DNA of 58,697 bases, the filler included, from Stramenopiles sp. TOSAG23-2 (Eukaryota): assembly GCA_900128395.1 (NCBI GenBank). It is 6 parts of 6 records of this genome, joined end to end, with 100 filler letters (N's around TTAATTAATTAA, not from the genome) between each part and the next. Parts side by side here need not be neighbours in the genome. Positions count along the whole stretch, not along the records: positions 39,236 to 48,919 come from LT650088.1; positions 49,020 to 58,697 come from LT650089.1; 4 more parts are not named here. The stretch is one strand, 5' to 3'. Both the position numbers and the translations under genes were made by a program. Under the pieces are notes generated by a model. That model made no database searches, was not told the origin of the DNA, and was given only the letters and a program-made list of their open reading frames with translations. Positions 45,271 to 56,600 of this stretch are shown here, piece by piece. Position 1 is the stretch's first letter, and the number at the start of each line of letters is the position of its first letter.

Positions 45271-46194
45271 ATGTTTAAGTGCCCTAATGAAACGTGTGAA
45301 AAAAATAAAAATGGATTTCAAAAATTATTAAAAGAAAATAATATGTCATCGACGTTAGAATGTACAAATTGTGAAATATGTTTAATATGTTGTACTTCTT
45401 GTAATAAATTAATTGAAAATGTATTAAAAGATATTATATATTGTACATATTGTGGATTTCAAATTCCGACTGCAACTACCACGCGTGTCTGTTTAGGATT
45501 ACCTAGTTTATATCCCATGCCAGACGATACAATCAGATGTATACAACGGAGTATTGATGAGAAAAAATTAATAGAAAGTACTTATAATGAATTGCAAATG
45601 TATAAAAATAATAATAATATGGTTATTAACAATAGGACGTTTCCAAGAATGAGAAAATTGTCAGAATTATATAAAAAGTACGATATATTGGTTAATCGTG
45701 AAATACGACAATTAGATTTACTATGTATAAAAAGCTTTGAAGAACCACGTATATTAGTAACATTAAATGATCTTAACAATCATAATGTTTCATCCTTATT
45801 TCAAAAAAAGGATAGCATTTATGATAACATGAAAGATTTTTTTCAAAACATTGAAAATATTTTAAATATTCGAAAGGAAATAAAAAAAAATGAATTATAT
45901 AAAAAAGCAATAACTTTTATTGTTGATGATGAAAACTTCGTAAATCATAAACATTCAAAGTTTTTCTTAAATGATGTACATAAGAAACAAATAGATTATT
46001 ATGAAAAAAAAATGAAAGACGTAGTTACACCATATTATAATATTTTAGAATATATCAATGAATTGTTAAAACCAAAATATAAAGAAGTTATATATCAATT
46101 CAATCAACAACAAAATGTTATTACCAATAAAAATGATATTGAAATGTTACGACAATTGTACATTACCATTTCCACTGTTATCTTTATGCGTTGA
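45271..46194 (+). CDS. Hypothetical protein with N-terminal double zinc ribbon
   Basis: 307-aa ORF; CPNETC, CTNC, CTSC, CTYCG, followed by a helical region. Confidence 0.65.
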   Translation: MFKCPNETCEKNKNGFQKLLKENNMSSTLECTNCEICLICCTSCNKLIENVLKDIIYCTYCGFQIPTATTTRVCLGLPSLYPMPDDTIRCIQRSIDEKKLIESTYNELQMYKNNNNMVINNRTFPRMRKLSELYKKYDILVNREIRQLDLLCIKSFEEPRILVTLNDLNNHNVSSLFQKKDSIYDNMKDFFQNIENILNIRKEIKKNELYKKAITFIVDDENFVNHKHSKFFLNDVHKKQIDYYEKKMKDVVTPYYNILEYINELLKPKYKEVIYQFNQQQNVITNKNDIEMLRQLYITISTVIFMR

Positions 46195-46525
46195 GAAGAA
46201 AAATTTTTGGAAGGGAAAGATGTATGGTTACACACTTGACTCGCTAGAATGAAAATTTACTTTGTCAATGAGATATATTTCTATATAATTTATTTTCTTA
46301 GTTCGTCGAAAGTCGATTTTATTAATTCATTTTTCAATTCAAAAACGAGTCAAAAATGCATTAAAATTAAAGGTGAAAAAGAGAGATGAGGTTGAAGAGA
46401 AGGTTTAAAATGAAAGAGAGGGATGCTTTTAGTGCAAATATTGGTTGGTTAAAATATTTTATTACACATTCAATGTTTATACAGCACATGTTGCTACTAC
46501 TCTCTCCTTTTGTTTTTCTTGTGTT

Positions 46526-47734
46526 TTAATAATCATCATCTTCTTCTTCATCATCTTCATCATCTTCATCTTCATCATCTATACGTATACGATTACCATT
46601 TTCATCATGTTGATTTGCAATTCCACCTTTTGAACCTAAAAGTGCAATGATTTCTTGGCGAATTGGACTACGATTATATTCATAACAACAATCTAACGGC
46701 GTATTTCCATCGTCGTCTGTCTTATTAATACTATCAAGAGACATATTATTCAACAAGAGCTGAATCAAACCAGTATCCGTTCTGTTCATCAATGCTGCAT
46801 AATGCAATGCATTCCATCCAGCACTATTTGCAATATTAGGATCAGCTTCACCTTGTTCAATTAAATATTTAACTATTTGGAAATGTTCGTTCCTTGCAGC
46901 TATCATTAAAGGTGTATATNNNNNNNNNNNNNNNNNNNNNNNNNNNTGCAATATTAGGATCAGCTTCACCTTGTTCAATTAAATATTTAACTATTTGGAA
47001 ATGTTCGTTCCTTGCAGCTATCATTAAAGGTGTATATACATAACCATCACTATCTGTACCTTCTTGATTCACCATCTCGTTCAATGTCATATCATCTCTG
47101 TAGCCATTCACATCGCGATTAGTAATATACTTGTGAAAAGGATGAAGATTCATAAATAATTCGACATCATCCATACGTCCGCGTTCACATGCACATACGA
47201 TAGGTGTTGGTATTTCATTTCTGCGTCCTGTACCACGTGGAAACTCTCTTTTATATCTTTCAATTAATAAATAAAGTCTTCTCGCTGAATGTGAAAGTAT
47301 CATCTCATTCATACTTCTTCTACCTTTATAATCAAGACTCATGTACCACGTGGAAACTCTCTTTTATATCTTTCAATTAATAAATAAAGTCTTCTCGCTG
47401 GATGTGAAAGTATCATCTCATTTATACTTCTTCTACCTTCATAATCAATACTCAATGCTTCATCTCGTACACGTTCAAAATCATCACATCCAAATCGTTT
47501 TCTACATTGTTGTATCAAAGAAGATCGTTTCACATTACATAATGATCGAATATCTAAATATTGAAGTATATTTGTCATTATCCCGCAGGCAGACTCAAAG
47601 CCAGCTGGTAAAACTAATATACCAATTTCAATAGGTTCCGCACGTTCTTCTTCCAACGCTTCAATCGTGGATGGTTTTAACGACGTACTACGTTGTCTTT
47701 TCGCAGGGGACGAACCTTCAGCCATTGATGCCAT
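46526..47734 (-). CDS. F-box-like plus ankyrin-repeat protein, split by two local duplications and a gap
   Basis: LPAGFESACGIMTNILQYLDIRSLCNVK (F-box-like); ankyrins TPIVCACERG, TPLMIAARNEHFQIVKYLIEQGEADPN, GWNALHYAA, GNTPLD; acidic tail. Removing one 113-bp copy (47229-47341 vs 47342-47454) and the duplicate around the N gap gives one ORF. Confidence 0.8.
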
Positions 47735-48042
47735 AACGTATATATATATATATGTATATAGTTACTCTTTTATATCTACATATGATATTTTTCTATACAT
47801 ACATTCAATGATGTATTCTTCATTCATTTTATGTAGTATTTTCTTGGTTGTTTCGTAATTCAAAATTCAAAAAATCACCATTTTTTTATACCATATATAT
47901 ATATAATACCTGGTACACGTCAGGTGTTAACCGGCCAAAAAACGCCGATTTGCTCTGTCGAAAAAAAAGCAATTTTTAGGCAAACGTGTGCCCATGTTAG
48001 AATTCCCTGATAGCATAATTAGATTAATAAAAGTACGAGTTA

Positions 48043-48919
48043 TTCGTTGTATATTTGGTATGTTTTTTATACATTTCAAATATTTCTGTAATGTATGATA
48101 GGAACATAAATTTCGTAGTGTTTTTTTATTTAAGTATAAAATATACACTCATACTCACACATATCATCCTCTAAATAAATTCAAATTCAAATTTAAACAA
48201 AACCAACCACCAATAATATTTATTTATATCTGTTAGAACAACGCCTGTTGCGAAAAACTACCTTCGATGCATATTTAGTATGTTTTTTTTAGTATGTTCA
48301 TTTTTTCATATTTATTATGTCCTATCAAAATACTACGAATAAGTATAAAAATAAATATATTTAAAAATGAACATACTAAAAAAAACATACTAAATATGCA
48401 TCGAAGGTAGTTTTTCGCAACAGGCGTTGTTCTAACAGATATAAATAAATATTATTGGTGGTTGGTTTTGTTTAAATTTGAATTTGAATTTATTTAGAGG
48501 ATGATATGTGTGAGTATGAGTGTATATTTTATACTTAAATAAAAAAACACTACGAAATTTATGTTAAAAATGAACATACTAAAAAAAACATACTAAATAT
48601 GCATCGAAGGTAGTTTTTCGCAACAGGCGTTGTTCTAACAGATATAAATAAATAATATTGGTGGTTGGTTTTGTTTAAATTTGAATTTGAATTTATTTAG
48701 AGGATGATATGTGTGAGTATGAGTGTATATTTTATACTTAAATAAAAAAACACTACGAAATTTATGTTCCTATCATATATTACAGAAATATTTGAAATGT
48801 ATAAAAAACATACCAAATATACAACGAAGTATAGAATATCGACCATACATTGGTTATGGAGATATAAATAAGTGATATTGGTGATTGGTGTTATGTAAAT
48901 TTGAATTTGAATTTGTGTC
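48043..48919. repeat. Long inverted (fold-back) repeat with tandem and degenerate extra copies
   Basis: 48043-48305 is the near-exact reverse complement of 48566-48828; a partial inverted copy lies at 48363-48565; a diverged fragment at ~48860-48915. Confidence 0.9.
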
Positions 48920-49019
48920 NNNNNNNNNNNNNNNNNNNNNNNNNNNNNNNNNNNNNNNNNNNNTTAATTAATTAANNNNNNNNNNNNNNNNNNNNNNNNN
49001 NNNNNNNNNNNNNNNNNNN
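48920..49019. other. Artificial contig linker
   Basis: N44-TTAATTAATTAA-N44. Confidence 0.98.
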
Positions 49020-49021
49020 CA

Positions 49022-49879
49022 CCTGAACGTATTAAATCGTTGCAAGTCATGAATGAACGCTTAGAAACCTTGCTAAGCCAAGCGAAAGAGGAAAATAAAG
49101 AATTGATTGGACGGAATGAACGAGTGAATGGAGAATTTGAATTGCAGAAATTACAAGCACTGGGGCAAATGGAAGCGAAGCATAGAGTAGAAATGAAAAA
49201 ACAAGTTGGAAAAGCTAAGGTGGATATGGAAAGAGAAATTAAAAAAATGACTGAAAAACATGAAGAAGAGATGAAGGAATTGGTAGAGAAACATAAACAA
49301 GAAATGGACATTGTTAAAGGAGAACATGAAGAAGCACTGCTTGCTTTAGCAGAGATACACCAAGATAGATTACAAGAAGCTGAAATGGATAAATTAAGAG
49401 CATTAGGTGTAGCTGAGGCGAAGCATAAAGATATCCAAAAACGATTAAGAAAAGAAATTAAACGAACTCGATTGAATAGCAATGAGAGGTCCTCCTCCAT
49501 GAAGACAGAACATGTGCGTATGATTGCGGATATGGAAACTGCACATCGCACAGCTGTTCAATTTTTACAATTGCAATTATTTAATTTAAGAAGAGAGAAT
49601 AACACCGGTAATATTTTGCGTAAGGAGAACGCTATGAAGAAAAAGATGTCACGTGGCTACAACATGAAGAAACAACAAATTTCTATAAATGCAAAGGTAT
49701 CATCAAATACTAGAAATACAAATGTAAATAGTAATAATAATAAAGACAATAATGTTGATTATACCATCGTGAACAATCGTATGGATCGTAACAAATTTTC
49801 TCCATCGCCAGGCGTTGATATGACAGCTGATGGTAAATTTGTAATTCACCCACCATTAAAATATTTTAACAAAGATTAA
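49022..49879 (+). CDS. Coiled-coil protein, 5'-partial
   Basis: Open from the contig start (PERIKSLQVMNERL..); E/K/H heptads (KHEEEMKELVEKHKQEM). Confidence 0.75.
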   Translation, partial: PERIKSLQVMNERLETLLSQAKEENKELIGRNERVNGEFELQKLQALGQMEAKHRVEMKKQVGKAKVDMEREIKKMTEKHEEEMKELVEKHKQEMDIVKGEHEEALLALAEIHQDRLQEAEMDKLRALGVAEAKHKDIQKRLRKEIKRTRLNSNERSSSMKTEHVRMIADMETAHRTAVQFLQLQLFNLRRENNTGNILRKENAMKKKMSRGYNMKKQQISINAKVSSNTRNTNVNSNNNKDNNVDYTIVNNRMDRNKFSPSPGVDMTADGKFVIHPPLKYFNKD

Positions 49880-50679
49880 AATACCGGTATTCCATCATAT
49901 ATGATAAATTATATATATACATGTATATCATCATTAATGCATTATTATACATTGTATCTCATTAGATTACATACTGTATAAGTTTAGCTTACACATCACA
50001 TCTAATTTAGTTTCCTTATATTATTCCCTCTATTTAGGTATTATTTATTTAAAGGGTTCTCATGTTATTCTCATGCTAAAGCTAGCCCTTGCGTAGTACA
50101 ATAATATTCTGTACCAGGCCTTTATATTAGATGATTGTACTATACACCTTGTAGATCTACACAGGTGCACCATCCATCAATAATAAAAAATACAGGTATT
50201 ATACTGTGCGGCTTTTACCAGGAAAAGGATAAGGAGGTAGTATAGACTACCAGATGTAGACGACTATCAGGTAGTACGTGCGTACCTGATACCTGATAGT
50301 CTGATATTAAAAAATATTCAGTATAGCACATATTAATATAGGCTACAGTACCTGGTATACTTCCGACACATTTATTATACCAGATTATACTAAAACCAGC
50401 ACTACTATTATTAGAAGAACTGCACAACTATATACAACTATATAAAAAAAATAATGATCTATTTTAAAATACAAATAATTTAAATACATTGAAGAAGATA
50501 CAGGTAGAAAATCATTTTTGTAAAAGTCATTTCCAATACAATTTATTATTGCTGTAATTACTAAGAGAGACAGGACAACTAAGTATATATATCAATACGT
50601 GCTAAGTGTTAACATTTTTGTACATATAATAAATACTGAAGTTTACCAAGTATTATTATATAGAGAGAAATATCAAAGA

Positions 50680-53600
50680 ATGACTAATAATGAATATCCA
50701 TGGTTGGAAAAACTAAAACAGGAAGCAGGTGAAATTAAAGACCAAATATTAATAATTCAAAGGAACATGGAAAAAGAAGAAATCAGCGATGCCAATACTG
50801 GCCGAAATCTTAAAAGTAGGACAGCTGATGGCATTGAACATTTCACAATACATAATAAATGCCTATTGCCTCTGGCTAAAATCTTATTATCTCGTAAATA
50901 TAAGGAAAAAGACGCCAACGTGTTTATACAAAACATCCTTGAGAAAATATTAATAAGAGTCGTAAAATTTTTGAAACATGTTGATCACAGTCAAAATGAT
51001 ATAAGTGACAAAAAGAGTAAAAGTAGAAGTATTGAAAATGGCATACATGATGATTGTTCAAACATCTCTGACAATGCTGAAGAAGAGCGCGAAAGTTTAA
51101 TTGATGATTGTTTCTTAATATTGAAAGAAATTACTACACCAACAACAACATATAATACAAAGTATGGATATGTTGCCGCGTATGGGGAAAAAGCCACTGG
51201 CGAAAAAGGGGGGGGGAGAGGATAGTGATAGTAGTGACGACGAGGAAGAGGTCGAAGTAGATCCAGCTTGGCGCAGCAAAATAGGATTTGCTGATTGGGT
51301 TGATTTTTTGAATGAGAAAAAAAACACATGGTCACGCGCACAAATTGTTGAGGAAAATCGGCCGGAATTTAAATTTAAAATTCAGCGAGACGGTGATACA
51401 TATTATCAGGCAGAATGGGTGGAAATTTTTAGTGAGAATATTGCCCCTCAAAATACAAAGACAAAAGAAGCACAAAAAAAAATCAAGAAGTTTCAACGAA
51501 AGTTAAAAGTGAATGATCTTCTTGATGCAAAGGGTGGCGCAAGTGGAATCTGGTACTCTGGGAAAGCAATTGAATTTAGAAAAAATGATAAAGATGTTGA
51601 AGAAGTTAAAATTCGATATGACAATAATGTGGTAGATGCATGGGTTCAAAGGTATGGTACAGAAATTGCACCATTGTACACACACACGGAAAAAATTACC
51701 ACCAATGTATGGGCTGGTATGAATTATTCTTCTGACGTAGTTGAAAAGTCAGAATTGTATACAATAGGCGACGATGATAGTGATGAATCGGATGACGATG
51801 ATGATGATGACAGTGATACCGGTAGTGAAATGAATGGTAGTATAAATGAACAAAAACACATCAGTAAAAATAATAGTAATTACATAAAAAAGAAAAAGAA
51901 TTATGCTGCAACACATTTTAAATACAGGAAAGGGCATGTATATAGCGATCAATCCCTTTCCGATCGTGTATGTAACATATTGGAGGAATTTTATAAAATC
52001 GGTGGATGGGACGCATTACATAATAATGTCGGAACAAGTTTAAAACGAATACAACTTTATGTCGATATTTTCTCAAATCTAAATTATACAGCATGTAAAT
52101 GCTTTTGTAAAGAATACTATGACAAAGTTTTGATATTGATCAATCACAATATGATATTATTAAATACAAATGATTTAAGATCTTTAAATTTGGCAAAAAT
52201 TGATGCAATGATTAAAAAATTGGAAATGAATGTTCTACCACGTGTGCGTAAAGATACTAAACAAGCAGCGGAGTACAGTGAGCGGTTCTTTTTGGTATTT
52301 TCAATGTTTTTGTTTAAGTGCGATTTACTGCCGCGTCGACTTGACGGTATAAAGCGCTTGTTGGAGTTAGCTGATTCCACAAAACGCTATCATATGAAGA
52401 AGGCAAAATTTTTAGAACCGGAACACATATTAAAGTGTTTCAGAGAAGAAGACATGTTGATAGAATTATTTAAAGTTGGTCAGCATCAAGAAGTGTTAAG
52501 ACGAAGTACAGAGGTGCTAAAATGGTTGGCTAGCAATAGCAGTCTAGAGCTGGTTGATGTTCAAATGTTATGGGAAGCGGGAAATACTACTGGCAGGGAT
52601 ATTGATACAACCTCTTTAATCTACAAAATTATTTGTGAATTAAGTAACCAATACGATGAAGAGCATTATATTTTTTTTGCAAAAATGTTTGCAGAAGAAA
52701 CGCTGGAGAGTATTAATATTCAAAAACTAAATGCCATGGCGGAATTAGGTAATGATGGAGCAAGGAAATCCCAAGATGCCAGTTCTAAAATTGGTCAAAT
52801 ACTATTGAAATTTTGTCTTTCCGATAGTCCTGTAATTAATGGAGCAACCGATGCATTTGTGAAATTTATAAAGTCGTACTTTTTAAAATCTCAGAAGTCA
52901 GAGTATTGCTTGCAGTGCTTTCAAAATTTAATTGATCAAAAAGATATCGCTCAAACATTAATGCTTTTTCCACGAATAATAGAGACCTTCGATGATAAAT
53001 CTTATTACAATAGTCCAACGAAAACATCGATAATAAAGTCTATGGATCATAATGGGAAAGATGTGATTGACATAGTACTAGAGCTTCCTGACACTTACAC
53101 TGACGATATCTTGAAATTTCTTGGTACATTTATGCCATTGACAAAAAAGAAGCTTTCTTCATCTATTATTAAGCGATTATGGAGTGAAAAGACGCATGAA
53201 CAAATGTGTAAATGGGTTGCGTATTCAGGTATACAAGAACTATTGGAAGATGAAAGCCAAATTTACATAATTGAAAATGTTATTTGTCAGGTGGAGAGAG
53301 TGGAATTGGCATCGAGGAATGAGTTTGATTGCTTGTGTCAACTGTTTTTTTTGTTAAATGAGCGTTTTAGAAATATCTCGAAAAATTCCAAAGATAAAAC
53401 AAAATGCACGGTATTAACATCTAACTTATATAAGATTCAATCGATATGGAATTGTGCAATATATGCAAAGGATGATAAAGTTGGTAGCGATGCGATTGAA
53501 CTTCTCATATCTTTATGTGATGAAGAAACTTGGGACTCGCATCTTCAATCTGTGTGTTTTTTATCTCAGGATGATTTGCTGATGGACTCTTCAAACCTTA

Positions 53601-56600
53601 GTATAGAATGTGGCAAAAGTTCCAAAGTTGTTATGCCTTTAAATGAGGATGTGACATTAAACAAAATCATTGGTGCTAAAACTTCCGATGATAACCATGG
53701 TGTTTTAAAAAATGAAGTAAAGGGGGATGATCAGACAACCGTTTCGTCTAATGCAATTACTAATGATAATTTTTTACTTTATTGTGATCCATGGGAAATG
53801 CATATTGATCAATGCTGTACATACTTATCAAAGCCTGGTGTGTACAACGATCGGGTCAGAGTAAAACGTTGTTTTCAGTTGTTGGAGGGTGTATTAGGAC
53901 ACANNNNNNNNNNNNNNNNNNNNNNNNNNNNNNNNNNNNNNNNNNNNNNNNNNNNNNNNNNNNNNNNNNNNNNNNNNNNNNNNNNNNNNNNNNNNNNNNN
54001 NNNNNNNNNNNNNNNNNNNNNNNNNNNNNNNNNNNNNNNNNNNNNNNNNNNNNNNNNNNNNNNNNNNNNNNNNNNNNNNNNNNNNNNNNNNNNNNNNNNN
54101 NNNNNNNNNNNNNNNNNNNNNNNNNNNNNNNNNNNNNNNNNNNNNNNNNNNNNNNNNNNNNNNNNNNNNNNNNNNNNNNNNNNNNNNNNNNNNNNNNNNN
54201 NNNNNNNNNNNNNNNNNNNNNNNNNNNNNNNNNNNNNNNNNNNNNNNNNNNNNNNNNNNNNNNNNNNNNNNNNNNNNNNNNNNNNNNNNNNNNNNNNNNN
54301 NNNNNNNNNNNNNNNNNNNNNNNNNNNNNNNNNNNNNNNNNNNNNNNNNNNNNNNNNNNNNNNNNNNNNNNNNNNNNNNNNNNNNNNNNNNNNNNNNNNN
54401 NNNNNNNNNNNNNNNNNNNNNNNNNNNNNNNNNNNNNNNNNNNNNNNNNNNNNNNNNNNNNNNNNNNNNNNNNNNNNNNNNNNNNNNNNNNNNNNNNNNN
54501 NNNNNNNNNNNNNNNNNNNNNNNNNNNNNNNNNNNNNNNNNNNNNNNNNNNNNNNNNNNNNNNNNNNNNNNNNNNNNNNNNNNNNNNNNNNNNNNNNNNN
54601 NNNNNNNNNNNNNNNNNNNNNNNNNNNNNNNNNNNNNNNNNNNNTTGGGACTCGCATCTTCAATCTGTGTGTTTTTTATCTCAGGATGATTTGTTGATGG
54701 ACTCTTCAAAGCTTAGTATAGAATGTGGCAAAAGTTCCAAAGTTGTTATGCCTTTAAATGAGGATGTGGCATTAAACAAAATCATTGATGCTAAAACTTC
54801 CGATGATAACCATGGTATGTTAAAAAAGGAAGTAAATGGGGATGAGCAGACAACCGTTTCGTCTAATGTAATTACTAATGATAATTTTTCACTTTATTAT
54901 GATCCATGGGAAATGCATGTTGATCAATGCTGTACATACTTATCAAAGCCTGGTGTGTACAATGATCGGGTCAGAGTAAAACGTTGTTTTCAGTTGTTGG
55001 AGGGTGTATTAGGACACAGTCAACGTTTTGGTTTAAAAGGTTTGCGTGCCCATGTTCATCGATCCCGCGGAAGACCAGTCAAGCCGTGCATAAGGTGTGA
55101 CGACACTAAATTTTATTTGGAGGGATTTGCAAATGATACGTTGTGGGCTATGCGTGAGGCAATAGCTTTAAATCTTCGAGTTGGTGCAAATGATTTTGAT
55201 TTATATATGAATAGGAACGATATTAAGATTACGTTTGAAGAGAAAGATAATTCGAAAACATTGTTTCAAAACAATTTTCGAAAGAGAGAAAACGTTTTTG
55301 TCAAATTGAAGCATAAGTCAACTAAAAAGAGTGTTTCGGAGGTAACCACGGCAACACCGATTGGTACTATGCCATACTCAACAGAGGCTACATCTGCTGA
55401 TAACTTAGGACAAGATCAGAAAAATATTGATAGTAAAGTCAACCCGTCCAATGCAAAAAGGGTAATAGTTAAAAGAACATATAAAAAGTCCTTGTTGCTT
55501 TTGTCCAATCAGAATCCAACACTCCGTTATGAGCAAGTTGTTTCTACAATATTTGCTCAACATTCGAGTAATGGAAAGATGATGACTCGGGATGAAATTA
55601 TCGATTATTTTGTATATTGTGGAGCATCTGGGAAAAGTTTGGAAGATTCGCGCATTGGTGATATTATATCAAAAAATGATTGTACTACAAATGAAAATGG
55701 AGATCTCTGTATGACTCGGAATGGTTTTTTACAATTTTACACAGAGGCTGCAGCAAGCCGATTAGAGAATGTATGGAAATTCCATCTTCACCGTCATCAG
55801 TAGAACGGTTGGTTAATTCTAACGTCATTAGCCCGAAGATGTCGGCACTTTTAATGGACTTGGGGACTACGCCACCACCTGGGGAAGATTTCTTATCTCT
55901 CGTTCGTCAAATGAGTGACGGTGGTAGGCATACTGTTGCTGAAAATATTATGGAAAATATTGACTTGATTAAGCTGCAAATAAGATTGTTTGATTTTTTG
56001 ATAGTGTGTGAAAAGGCTTTAACTTTCGACAGTATTTCTTCGTCATACCGAGATGTTCAAAAAAATAATTATAATACTAAAAGAATTATTGAACGTGCCG
56101 TTGGTTTATGGGTTGCATTAACTGTTTATGAACCCTTAATATTTGAAAAGTTTGTTGAGTCGAAGGAATTGCGAAGGCGTTTTTTTACGTGCTTACTATC
56201 GCCATGTAAAGATGTGAGACGAGAAATGGCCCACGCAGCAAGAATTTTGTCTTGCATTGATAAAAATAACAATAATTATAATCAAAATGAAGATCCGCCG
56301 ACGATTATTTTATTAAAAGTGCTGCTTGCCAAAATTTATGATGAGAATAACATCAGTCATAACAATAATGATAAGCAAACATCTGTTCACAATGATCTTA
56401 AGAATCATGGAGAAGTTTATGATTATTTTTATGATTTGTCAGCTTCTATATTATTAGATGTTTTAGGGATGAAAAATCAAGAATACTACGATGCATTTAA
56501 TTTGAATCTTTTAAGCAAAATTATGGTGAACAAAATAATATCTTGCTTCACATCAACTACGGCTAATGATATTAATCCGTCTATGCACGCAATTGGTGCA

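Noticed and set aside
46828-47038. Extra ankyrin repeat around the short N gap
   Set aside because: Identical sequence on both sides of the gap indicates an unmerged overlap.
51203-51225. Possible programmed frameshift at A5-G9 in the USP
   Set aside because: A homopolymer length error is simpler, and the locus has other assembly faults.
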